A stretch of 64,000 nucleotides of DNA, taken from Octopus vulgaris. Lineage: Eukaryota. Below, piece after piece: positions 1 to 11,931 of the stretch (the first letter of the stretch is position 1; every line of letters begins with the position of its first letter). A program made the position numbers and the translations under genes. The stretch covers positions 78,988,001 through 79,052,000 of the forward strand of contig OX597825.1 in the NCBI GenBank assembly GCA_951406725.2, given 5' to 3'. The notes under the pieces were generated by a model that saw only the letters and a list, made by a program, of their open reading frames with translations, was not told the origin of the DNA and did not search any database.

Positions 1-572
1 GAGTGTAGTGGCTGCTTTTTACATGCTATCGGCACAGGTGCCAGACGAGGCTGGCAATCGGCCATGATCGGATGGTGCTTTTTATGTGCCAATGGCTTCC
101 ACACAGTTTTCATCTACCAAATTCCCTCACAAGGAATTGGTTGGACCAGGATTATGTTGCCCAAGGTGCTGTGCAATGGGACTGAACCCAAAGCCACATG
201 ATTACAAAGTAAGCTTCTTAGCCACACAGCAATGCCTTGAAAAGGAATAAGCAACAAAGATCTTCAGTGTAAAGTGGTATTCAAAACATTCAAAACACCC
301 GTTTGAGACTTATAGGAGACAACAGCCTCACAGGAGGGACTCAAATCATGCACTGATCATGTTCCCTCTGCCTCATAAAATAATTCAACAACACTTAAGA
401 GTGCAGTTTTATTAATGTTCAAAGCATGATGGAGTGTTCCACTTTCGTTCAAGACAGAACAGAGCAACACATCCAATAAGACATGTGTCTATCACTAAAA
501 TCACACAGTTAAAATATGACGAACAATTTACAGCAGCTGATTTAGGAACATGGAGTGCCAGGTACTCTAGAT

Positions 573-998
573 CAGGGGTCTACAACCATTGGGCTACAGA
601 ACAGCATCAGGCCACACAGAAAGAATACATTTTTCATTTTTATTTCTATTTTACTGGTTATCACAGTCTGCAGAAAATTATTGCTTCTGTCTGAGCCTTG
701 TTCCCACACTTGTCAATTTTTTTTCTTTTTTATTTCTATGAACCGATAAATTAAGCCCACAAGCTAACTGAAACAATAATAAGACCACTAACTTCCTTTC
801 TTGTATATACACACACACACACACATATATATTACAATGTAACAATTACATTATGTGTGCAATAATTAAATTAATATATATATCATGCAATTTGTGATTT
901 GTCATGTGCAGGACTAAATTCCCACCCCACCCTTGGTCCATCAAAAAACTGTCTTGCGTGAAACTGGTCTGTAGTGCAAAAAAGGATGCTGACTACTG
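573..998. mobile_element. hAT-type MITE
   Basis: Ends CAGGGGTC... / ...GACTACTG; 8-bp TSD ctctagat/ctctagac. Confidence 0.75.
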
Positions 999-1109
999 CT
1001 CTAGACATATGGTTCTGTTGCTTTCTGAACTAAATTGGTGTGAGAAGCAACTACAGTATATTCTTCGTACTTTTCTTCTATTATTATTATTATCATTGTT
1101 ATTGTTGTT

Positions 1110-1446
1110 AAGGCAGAAAGCTGGCAGAATTGTTAGGATGCTGGGCAAAGTGTTTAGCAGCATTTCATCCGTTTTCATGTTCTGAGTTCAAATTCCACCG
1201 AGGTCAATTATGCTTGTCATCCTTTTGAGGTCAATAAAGTAAGTACCAGCTGAGCACTGGGGTTGATGTAATCAACTTACCCTGCTCCTCCAACATTGCC
1301 GGCCTTGTGCCAAAATATGAAATCATCATCATTATAATTGTTATTAAGACAGTAAGATGACAAAATCATTAGCACACTGGGAAAAATACTTAGCAGCAGT
1401 TTGTCCATCTTTATTTTTCTGAATTCAAATGCTGCCAAGGTCAACT
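1110..1446 (+). mobile_element. Same SINE family on the plus strand (one full and one partial copy)
   Basis: aaggcagaaagctggcagaat...ctgagttcaaattccaccgaggtc...ggccttgtgcc. Confidence 0.8.
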
Positions 1447-1860
1447 ATGCAGCCAGCTATGCTCCCAGAGCAACCACCCACGTTACTGACTTGGTCACCT
1501 AGGTAATGGAAGCTATCAACTACTTCTAGGTTCCCCCCCCCCCTGATATGTGATGGAATATGTTTGCTGTGCATCTTAGTGTTTATTGCCCCTGTGCATC
1601 TGCCACACACAAAACTATCATCCCAGTTAACCTTCGTTTGATATTGCTGCACCTCACATGTGTCCACAGCTTACACCAGTTACATCTTATGGGAGTTTCT
1701 ACCTATGCCTTTTCTACAGATCGAGCAGGACAATCTACCTGAAGGGATTTGTGATCTGTCTGCCTTACTACTTACTAAGACTGGTTTTGCTAGGTTAACT
1801 CTAACACCCTTCAACTCTAGACCTTACTTCCACACATGAAACTTCTCCAGCTTGACATGA
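1447..1860 (-). mobile_element. Decayed LINE ORF2 fragment (RT C-terminal region with Cys-rich insert; RTE/CR1-like)
   Basis: Frameshifted pieces VRVNLAK, CSICRKG...CNWCKLWTHVRC and LEVVDSFHYLGDQVS, typical of the end of a LINE RT. Confidence 0.75.
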
Positions 1861-2519
1861 ATACAATTTTTTCTTTTTTTTATTATTGTAAACAGATACA
1901 GAACCATAAATCTAAATGCAAGTAAATGTTATGTTGTGACACTCATGCATCTCTTAAGAATATTGGCAACCTAACTAAAGTAGTTACAAATGATATTCAA
2001 ATGTGAATCACAGACTTTGCTAACTACAAATCTGATTCTTCTCTACTTTGCATAATAATAAATGTTAGTTCAAACTGACTTGGTCGTTCGTATTTGAATA
2101 AACATTCAATCAACCACATACATGTAACATATTACAACATCTTGTTCACAGACAGACTGTCTTCTATCTCTAGCTTATTCTACCAGTACTTCAGTCAATG
2201 ACCTCACCTTTTCTGAAGAAACCAATTATATACCATTTCCTGCAAGCTTATCTGACACACCTGTCTTGTTGCTTTTTATCATCCCTGCATACATCATATT
2301 CTTTTCTACTCTAGGCACAAGGCCTGAAATTTGGGGAGAGCAGGCCAGTCAATTAGATTGACCCCGGTATGCAAGTGGTACTTAATTTATTGACCCTGAA
2401 AGGATGAAAAGCAAAGTCGACCTCGGTGGAATTAGAACTCCATAAAGACAGATAAAATACCTCTAAGTATTTCACCCAGTGTGCTAGCCACCTTCTGCAC
2501 ATATCATATTGCCATGTCC

Positions 2520-2960
2520 CCTATGGACCTTTCTCATTCAATCTACTTCTGTAACATATCATAATTCTAGAATTCTGACCATGGCCATGTTTTTTCTGCA
2601 GATATTGAAGCTGGACATGGACAACATCAGTTTCTCAAGTCACAAAGGGCCTGCAAAGGTCGTGCTACAGTCACAGCTCATTTGAAACTGTCTTAGATAT
2701 ATTCAATGAGAATCAACCAGGAATGTCTAACAAGAACAATTTCTTTACGTTGAAATAAAGGAAAAGTCTTCAGCTGAAAACTTTTGAAGACCTCCGGCAA
2801 TAAGGGTTGATCATATATGTACAGCCTGGAGTCTCCTAGCCAAGATTTTATATTGCAAATCAGCAGTTGCCCATGCAGCAACTCTTCCTTCTCTACACCA
2901 TGGATGTTGTCCAACATAAAGACAAAGACTGATAAAGCTGGTCATCAGTGTCATCACAAG
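2520..2960 (-). mobile_element. Possible decayed L1/Tx1-type RT fragment
   Basis: ADLQYKILARRLQAV..STLI resembles the RT motif DYKILAKxLANRL; many stops. Confidence 0.35.
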
Positions 2961-3697
2961 TAAACTCAGAACACAGAAACCTAGAACAAACACCAAAAGG
3001 CAGTTTATTTAACAGTCTTAACAATTCCACCAATCCATAAGCCCAGACTTGTTTTATAGGTCAAAGTCAACCCCAACAGGAAATGAACTGCGAATGTAAA
3101 GAGCTGGTTAAAACAACAATGCTGTGAATTATTAGTCAGACTCTAAAGCAATTCCATGAATCTATGACCTACTGAGCACAACAATTAAATGAATAGACCC
3201 ATAGAGTCATTCTAATCATATAGGCTCATCTAATACATCCTCTCATATGCATAGAAGTGGCTCAAGTGGAAGATACACTAAATTGCCTTAACAGCTATAC
3301 ATGTACAAATATTTTACATAATGAAAGACTAATGTTGTTGTTTAGTTTCCAAACCTGCTTTGATCTAGCTGATACAAAGATACTAAATTCTGTCTTTTTA
3401 ACATACTCAGGACAATACTGTCTAATCATTAATGTTAATGAATCCTTCCATTTTTGGTTAAAGATAACAAAATGTGATTTGAGGGAATATTGTCATTCGT
3501 AGCAGGTTGAGCAACTGTGTAGATGCTATTTTGCTAGATCATATTAATTTAATGAGTACAGACCTGATATCACAGTTAAGACTGATTTCTTGTTAATTTT
3601 CAATATCATAAAAGAAACTGATATTTTTTTGAAAAGTCCAAAAAGATAATATTTGACTTAATAGACTAATGTACTATAAGGTAACCTAGTCTAATAT

Positions 3698-3713
3698 ATG
3701 ATGATGATGATGA

Positions 3714-3744
<31 letters not shown>

Positions 3745-3860
3745 AAGAAGAAGAAGAAGAAGAAGAAGAAGAAGAAGAAGAAGAAGAAGAAGAAGAAGAA
3801 GAAGAAGAAGAAGAAGAAGAAGAAGAAGAAGAAGAAGAAGAAGAAGAAGAAGAAGAAGAA

Positions 3861-3895
<35 letters not shown>

Positions 3896-3931
3896 ATGGA
3901 TAGACAGACAGACAGATAGATAGATAGATAG
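3698..3931. repeat. Compound microsatellite (ATG)n-(AAG)~48-(GAC)11-(GACA/GATA)n
   Basis: Directly visible. Confidence 0.98.
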
Positions 3932-4798
3932 CATAATATTGTTTCTGTTCAAATACTGGTTATGAAATTGAGCTTCATAATAACAATTAGTGGTAATTTC
4001 ATTTTCAAATTTATATTCTGAATAAATAATTTTCTTTTTTTTTTTAAATCTGTTTGAATATGAAATTATACAGTAACAACAAGTGTTTATTGTATTTTCC
4101 CAATTTGAAGATCAAAAGCAAAAGTTATGCTTCTTCTAAATTCAAAGACAAACGGACATAAAAGAAATACAAGGTAACTCTTTCAAATGGAAATCAAATT
4201 TTCTACCAAAGAATTCACTCAAAGATTAATAAATAGGCAACTTTAAGATTTCTTTTTTTATTTTGAAAGAGGCATTTGTTTAATAATGTTGTTGTTGTTA
4301 TCATTACTGACAACATATTTATTGAAGAAAGAGAAAATTTTGATAAGATTACTACGACTAAAAGCAGTTATTGATTTAAGAGATAAAAAAAGAAGTAATT
4401 TGTCTTGGTGCTAGGACACATTAACTGTAGAATAATCTTCATGTAGGAACTGGAGAATATATGATTTCAGCTAGATATAATGTAAACCAAGAGGAAAGTC
4501 AGAGTGAATGAAATCTTCTAAGTGACCAACAAAGACGAAGAGCTGCTATTGTGGTTGAAAGTGGCCACTATATTTTATACACACACACACGCATATATTC
4601 TTTTGCTTGTTTCAATCATTTGACTGCAGCCATGCTGGAGCACCACCTTTAGTCAACCCCAGGACTTATCGACCCCAGGACTTATTTTTTTGTAAGCCTA
4701 GTACTTATTTTATTGAGCTCTCTTGCTGAACTGCTAGATTACAGGGACGTAAACACACCAACATCAGTTGTCAAGTGATGGTGGGGTAATAAACAGAG

Positions 4799-4859
<61 letters not shown>

Positions 4860-5109
4860 TATATATATATACACACACACATATATATGCCTACCCTCTG
4901 CACACTACCGATGTCATCCATGAGAAAGGCAAAAGCCAACACAGCTTGGCACTAGTGAAGCCACAACTCATTTCTACAGCTGAGTGAACTGGATCAACAT
5001 GAAATAAAGTGTCTTGCTCACAACACACAGCCCAGTCCAGAATTCAAACTCCCAACCTCACAGTTGTAAGTTCAATGCTCTGACCATTGAGCCATATATA
5101 TATACGATG

Positions 5110-5370
5110 GACTCTACTGTTGAAGACAACATATGATTTGTTTATAGTGATCAAATGTATGTGCTGTACCTGTACATTAGCTCACTCCCTCTATCAAATT
5201 GACGTTGCCTGAACAGGTGCACAGTCTACCACAAGTCAGGTGTTGAAGTGATTGCAGAGCAGTGTGAAGTGAAGTGTTTTGCTCAAGAACACAACGCACC
5301 ACCCAGTCGAGGAATTGAAACCACAATCTCGCAATCATGAGTACAACATCCTAACCACTAGGCCATGCAT
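5110..5370 (-). mobile_element. CORE-like SINE, third family (copies at 8485-8775 and 47575-47880)
   Basis: attagctcactccctc...ttgctcaagaacac...aaccactaggcc shared between copies. Confidence 0.75.
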
Positions 5371-5417
5371 TCTCATGTATGATACATACACACACACACA
5401 CATACATACATATATCC

Positions 5418-5454
<37 letters not shown>

Positions 5455-5939
5455 TAGTGGCCACTATCAACCATCGTAGCAGCTCTTCATTCTTCATTAT
5501 GCGTGTGTGTGTGTGTGTAGTGTGCAGTGTAAATGAGTGATTAAAAACTTCACCAGGTGGTCTCAGGTTTGATCCCACCTTCTACTGTGCTGACAGATGT
5601 CTTGTGAGTGAACGAAATTTGATAGACAGAAATAATGTAAGAGCCAGTCAAGTACACACTCACATGTGTAAGTGTGTTGGGTCTGTGTGTGTGTGTGTCT
5701 CCCTGTGAATCTTAGTATTGACACTGCCAAGCAAAAAGTTTGGCAGTTTTTTGGGGTGGGGGCGTCAACATACGAAGGAAGAACTGTACTTTACTTCCAA
5801 ACAGGTATGGTCTGGTGTCAAGAAGGGCATCTAGGTGTGTAAGACCTCAAGAAGTCCTTCCAGCCTATACCAGCAAAAGCTTCCCTCCAGTTACTATTAT
5901 TATTGTTTCTACTATACTCAAAGAAAACAAATGTATATA

Positions 5940-5980
<41 letters not shown>

Positions 5981-6139
5981 CAGAATATATAATATTCATT
6001 TAATTTACTTCAATTGATCAACAGACCAACTGAGTAAGTAAACCTATCAGTAATCTACCCATAATCTCTACTGGAAAAAGCTATAAGCCAAATTTGCTCC
6101 AATAAAGGAATTATATGTAATAGTTATTTTAACATGTTT

Positions 6140-6141
<2 letters not shown>

Positions 6142-6235
<94 letters not shown>
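6142..6235. repeat. (AT)n-(AG)n microsatellite
   Basis: Directly visible; one of many AT/AC/AG tracts. Confidence 0.95.
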
Positions 6236-7559
6236 TATGACTCAGAAGCCTACTATGGATCCCTAGCTCCAGCCTCAACTGTAAGTTTGGAACCTAACGG
6301 ATGAAAAATTATAGCAGTTATGCACTTACCTATTGGTTTAGATCATCAATGAACTAACCCCTCATATTCTTACATACATATACACATGCATACATGTATT
6401 ACAATCCATCCACCAGCTTAGTGTTATACATGTTCTATATATTAATCTATGAGATTAGTCTTACTTATAGTCTATATATTAGTCTCCCGGTTGGCACTAT
6501 CAGTTTTTAACCGTTAATCTATGCATTACACTCTCATAATAACACTCTGAGTCTATGGTTTTTAGCTGAACTGCTATGTCGCACATAAGCACCTATTTCA
6601 CTACTGCCTCTACTACTATTAACACCACCACACCACTATAGATTTAAAAATGATAATAATCTTATTCAAAGGTATTCACATTCAATCACAAATCATTAAA
6701 AATATGTTTGCTACAGTTTCAAATATGGCTTGTGTGGTGATCAGGACAGCTGAGTGACAACTTGTTCTTCAATCTATTCTTAAATTATATTTCAAATCAT
6801 CATCATCATCATTGTCATCGTTTAACGTCCATTTTCCATGCTGGACAGTTTGACTGAGGTCTGGAAAGCCAACGGCTGCACCAGGCTCCAATCTGATCCA
6901 CCAATGTTTCTACATCTGGATGCCCTTCCTAACACCAACCACACCATCTTTAAATTTTAATAAACTGAAAATATATCTCTTTAACTCAAACAAGTATCCA
7001 CAAGTTGGCACACAGGCATGGTTTTACATATGAAGTAAATGCTACAAACTAAACCAGATGATCTGGTACTTATTTCCAACATTTAGATGAGACATGTAGA
7101 ATAAAGTGACTGTCCACAAATACAATTAAACAGCTGCAACATATTTTAATTAACATTAATTAGCAAAATATTGCTAATCCAATATCCAATATCATTTTCT
7201 TATTTTACTGCTACTTAAATCATATTTTTGCTTTTTTACAGATGGCAGTTTTTTTATTTGTGAGAGTTCTGAAGCATTCTTTGCTAAGAGAATTACTTCT
7301 TCCTTCCAGAGAGTAGGAGGGGAAAACTTTGAAATGTTTTCCTATGAATTGATTTGATTTAATAATTGTCCAGAATCAGATAATTAACAAAAATCACAAA
7401 TTAAAATCACAGATGTGGCTGTGTGGTAAAAAGTTTGCTTCCCAACCACATGGTTCCAGGTTCAGTCCCACTATACAGCACCATGGGCAAAGCAAGCAAG
7501 TGCTTTCTAATATAGCTTGAGTGGAGTGGATTCGGTAGATGGAAACTGAAAGAAGCTTG

Positions 7560-7606
<47 letters not shown>

Positions 7607-7607
<1 letters not shown>

Positions 7608-7765
7608 TCATCGTTTAACGTCCATTCTCCTGGCTAGCATGGGTTGGACGGTTCGACCGGGGATCTGGGAAACCAGAAGGCTGCACCAGGCTCCGGTCTG
7701 GCTTCCCAGATCCCCGGTCGAACCGTCCAACCCATGCTAGCATGGAGAACGGACGTTAAACGATG

Positions 7766-7767
<2 letters not shown>
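7607..7767. repeat. Near-perfect inverted repeat of a SINE 3' end
   Basis: 71-bp arms (7607-7677 and 7697-7767), 4 mismatches, 19-nt loop, (AT)n on both sides. Confidence 0.95.
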
Positions 7768-7827
<60 letters not shown>

Positions 7828-7837
7828 AATTTAATCA

Positions 7838-7894
7838 TCTATAGCCTGATATGATATTTCGGAATATAAAATTCCTTCTTCAGATATGCCTAGA
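7838..7894 (-). ncRNA. Type I minimal hammerhead ribozyme motif, sense to the CRTC pre-mRNA
   Basis: Minus strand: ATAT-CTGAAGA-A-GGAAT(tttat)ATTCC-GAA-ATAT-C-ATAT, with a perfect 5-bp stem II. Confidence 0.6.
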
Positions 7895-7970
7895 AATTGA
7901 TGGAGTCACTGCTATAATCAGTTTTCCAAAAAGCCGTTGGAAAACCAATTATAGCAGCAACTCCATCAAT

Positions 7971-8029
7971 TCCTAGGGATATCTGAAGAAGGAATTTTCA
8001 TATTCTGAAATATCATATCAGACTATGGA
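7971..8029 (+). ncRNA. Type I minimal hammerhead ribozyme motif (Penelope pLTR-like)
   Basis: GATAT-CTGAAGA-A-GGAAT(tttcat)ATTCT-GAA-ATAT-C-ATATC: catalytic core, stem II, palindromic stem III and 5-bp stem I. Confidence 0.6.
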
Positions 8030-8167
8030 TGATCGAATTACAACAGTGATTATAGCCCACTGTTGTTATTAAAGTGCATTGTTGTGCTATTCAAAACACT
8101 TTAATCTTTACAAACAATACACAATGCTTCAAGCACACTACAATACTCTCCTATATATATATATATA

Positions 8168-8472
8168 TGGCGGAGGCGCAATGGCCTAGTGGTTAGGGCA
8201 GCGGACTCGCGGTCGCAGGATCGCGGTTTAGATTCCCAGACCGGGCGTTGTGTGTGTTTATTGAGCGAAAACACCTAAAAGCTCCACGAGGCTCCGGCAG
8301 GGGGTGGTGATCCCTGCTGTACTCCTTCACCACTCTTTCTTCTGTTGGCCTGCTCGCTTAGCCAGCCGGGTGGCGTCATTCGAAGGCTAAAACAATGCGA
8401 ACGCATTGTGACCAGCGATGTGTAACAACATCTGATGGTCTGGTCGGTCACGTGATAGTGATAGTGACGTGA
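8168..8472 (+). mobile_element. Young tRNA-derived SINE inserted in (AT)n
   Basis: A box TGGCCTAGTGG, B box GGTTTAGATTCC, CpG-rich body, (GTGATA)n tail. Confidence 0.85.
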
Positions 8473-9289
8473 TATATATATGGCAGACTCTCCGGCTAAA
8501 GATGACAACTGAGCGATCAGCTTTTGCCAAATGACCTGCACAAACTATTTGTTCATCGTGATCAAATGTTCATGCCGCACATTAGCTCACTCCCTCCATC
8601 AAATTGATGTTCTCAGAACAGGTGCACTGTGTACCACACGTCAGGTGTCTAAGTGATCACAGAACAATATGAGATGAAGTGTTTTGCTCAAGAACAAAAC
8701 GCAAGACCCAATCTGGGGATTGAAATCACAATCACTAGATTACGAGTGCAACATCCAAACCACTAAGCCATGTGCCCTCACACACACACACATCTCTGTG
8801 TGTGTGTGGAGGTGTTGTTCCCTATTACTGCTTGATAATCAATGTTGATTCGATTATGCCTCCATAATTTCTCAGTTTGGCAAATGGTACCGATAGAATA
8901 AACACCAGGTGGGACCGGTTTGTTTGACCAAACCCTTCAAGGCAGAGCCCCAGCATGGCTGCAGTCCAATGACGAAAACAAGTTAAAGATAAAAGATCTA
9001 AAAACCAGCCTTGAATTCAGGTTTTTTGTTTTGACTACTGCTAAGGACATCTTGCTTATATCTAAAAGTAGATGTCTTTCAGGAATTTGATGTGTTTTTT
9101 TCTGAATGAGAGAGATAAAGAAGAGAGTGTATGAGAGAGATTGGGGGGGAAAGAGAGAGAGAAAGAGGGAACGAGAGAGAGAGAGAGAGAGAGAGTATGC
9201 ACGAAAGTATATATGTAACATGGTAGTTATATTTGGAATTATTTAGTAAAACTGTTCAACTTTAGAGACTGTAATGGTTTAATACTAAC

Positions 9290-9386
9290 CTTTGTTCGAT
9301 TGACTTGTGAATCATCACAAGGTGGTGGCGTGACATGTACTTGCGGAGCTATATGATGATGTACTTGTTGAGGTGGGTGGTGATGC

Positions 9387-9420
<34 letters not shown>

Positions 9421-9622
9421 GATGATGATGTTGAGCATGGACTGTTTGTTGATGTTGTTGTGGCTGCTGATGTGAATATGTATTATGTGGAGACTGCATG
9501 TGTGATGAGGAGTGCTGCTGGTGAGTAGATTGTTGAACATGGTGGTGGTGGTGATGGTGTGGGTGTGGGGTGCGATGGTGCATGGGAGGAGAGTAGGTGT
9601 TAACGTGGTGAGGGGCGGTAAC

Positions 9623-9659
<37 letters not shown>

Positions 9660-9802
9660 GCCACCGGCTGTTGTCCTCCTCCATGAGGTTGCTGTCTGTG
9701 AGGCACCTGGGAATACATGCATTGAAGCACACGAGAAGATGACTGGGATGATGCTGACCCAGAGACGCCAGTCAACCCACTGTTGGGATTGACACAGGAC
9801 AC
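9290..9802 (-). CDS. CRTC1: CRTC coding exon, Ser/Gln/His/Pro-rich low-complexity region
   Basis: 513 nt (171 codons), tgtcttag|GTG ... AAG|gttagt, phase 0/0, in frame with the previous exon. VSCVNPNS...Q12...H-run...Q12...VNRTK. Confidence 0.85.
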
Positions 9803-10669
9803 CTAAGACACAGGGAACAATAAAATATCTGCAAACGGCAACACAAAAAAAACAGCAAACCAAAGAAAAAAAAAACAAACAAAAAATTTTATATATATAT
9901 ATATAATATATATATATATGCATACATATATATACATATATAAACATATATATATAAATATACAAGCATAAAATATAAAATAAAATAAAATAAAAATGTA
10001 TCCCCCAAAAAACAGTATAGATGTATTTTTTGCTTTCTTTTTTTTTAAACACATATCATGGGGATTATTATTGATTTTGTTATTTTTTATATAATAAATT
10101 ATATAGATTTCTACTGAGTCAATGAATGAATGAGCAGGGCTCTAGGCTGAGATTTAACAGCAAATACATGCTGCCGGGTATAGCATGCAAGCAAGGAAAC
10201 GACAGACTGTATTTAAGATCGTTGGGTTTCAATATAAAGGAAGGTATATATATATATATACACACATACACACACATTATATATGTGTGTATGTGTATAT
10301 ATATATGTAAGCATATAAATATATATGTGTGTGTGTGTGTGTAGGATAAAGAAAGCAGAGAGAGACACTGAGGATAGCAAATGTTTGAAAAACTGGATCG
10401 GAAGGGTAATTAAATTTAGCACAAGTAACAAGATCTTGCTTAAGGTTCCGACTGTGAAAATGAGCAATAAGAACTGGTAGGGCATTAAATACTTTGCAGA
10501 TTTATTGCAACGAAGGCTACAGTTAATCACTCACTCACATACTGAGAACAGTGGCTGCAATACAACAACAAGAACATGCCCTATGAAGCAATAAATGGCA
10601 GAAACCTAAGTAAAATCTCTGCTAGGCAAAGCTATTGAATGATGTGTTTATTTATCAATAATAATGATA

Positions 10670-11931
10670 ATGGTTTCAAATTTTGGCACAAGGCCAGCAA
10701 TTTTGGAAGAGGGGTAAGCTGATTACATTAACCCCAGTGTTCAACTGGTATTTATCTTATTGACCATGAAAGGATGAAAAGTAAAGTCAACCTCAGCAGA
10801 ATTTGAACTCAGAATGTAAAGGTGGATGAAATGCCACTAAGCATTTTACCTGGCATGCCAATGATTTTGTTAGCACACCACCTTAATAATAATAATAATC
10901 CTTTCTACAATATGCACAAGGCCTGAAATTTTGGAGGAGAGGTCCAGTTGATTTGATCAACCCCAGCAAGCAACTGATATTTAATTTATCGACCCCAAAA
11001 GAATGACAGCCAAAGTCGACCTTGGTGGAATTTGAACTCAGAACACAGTGACGGGTAAAATACTGCTAAGCACTTCGTCAAGCATGCTAATGTTTCTGCC
11101 AGTTCGCCACCTTAATAATAATAACAATCCTTTCTTCTATAGGAACAAGGACTGGAATTTTGGGGGAGGAGACTAGTTGATTACATCAATCCCAGTGTTT
11201 CACTGGTACTTAATTTATCAACCCTGAAAGGATGAAATGCAAAGTGAACCTTGGTGGAATTTGAACACTGAACAGCAATGGTCAAAATACCACTAAGCAT
11301 TTCGCCTGGCATGCTAACAATTCTGCTAGCTTGCCACTTTAATAATGATAATAATAATCCTTTCTACTAAAGGCACAAGGCCCAAAATTTGTGGAGAGGG
11401 GCAAGTCAATCACACTGACCCCAGTACTTGACTGGTTCTTAATTTATTATCCACGAAAGGATGAAAGGCAAAGTCAACCTCTGCAAAATTAGAACTTAGA
11501 CATAAAGATGGATGAAATATCACTAAGCATTTTGCCTGGCATGCTAACGATTCTGCCAGCTTGCTGCCTTAATAATAATTCTTTCTGCTATAGGAACAAG
11601 GCCTCTGAAATCTTGTGGGAAGGGGCCAGTTGATTACATCAACCTCAGTGTTCAACTGGTACTTATTTCATCAACCACAAAAGAATGAAAAGCAAAGCTG
11701 ACCTTGGTAGACTGAAAACAGAAAGTAAAGATCTAGAAGAAATGCCATGAAGCATTTTGTCCACTGTACTAATGATTCTGCCTACTTTATAATAGTAATA
11801 ATAATAATAATAACAACATACCCTAATATAGGCACAAGGCTAGCATTTTTGAAGGGAGGCTTATAATCAACTATACTATCCCTAGTATCTGACTGGCACT
11901 TTATTTTATCAACTTCAGAGGGATGAAAGGC
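10670..11931 (-). mobile_element. Head-to-tail array of ~6 tRNA-derived SINEs (Meta-domain-like core) with (AAT)n spacers
   Basis: ~220-bp units ggcacaaggcc...ggatgaaaggcaaagtcgac...tttgaactcag...gccagc..cctt. The minus strand carries B box GAGTTCAAATTC. Confidence 0.9.

Larger units (their letters stand above)
7822..8045. repeat. Long imperfect palindrome (inverted Penelope-like pLTR pair)
   Basis: ~108-bp arms (tgttgtaat...ttttccaa / ttggaaaa...attacaaca) around a short spacer near 7930. Confidence 0.85.

Noticed and set aside
3686-3952. Poly-Ser and poly-Arg ORFs
   Set aside because: They are translations of the (AAG)n/(GAC)n microsatellite.
6330-6353. Possible next CRTC exon (strong donor AG|gtaagt)
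   Set aside because: Poor acceptor and an in-frame TAG in phase 0; no CRTC-like sequence.
8172-8247. tRNA gene
   Set aside because: A and B boxes are present, but there is no proper acceptor stem or T-run terminator and it continues into a SINE body.
10670-11931. CRISPR-like or satellite-like periodicity
   Set aside because: The units are ~220-bp diverged SINEs also found dispersed; eukaryotic context and no cas genes.
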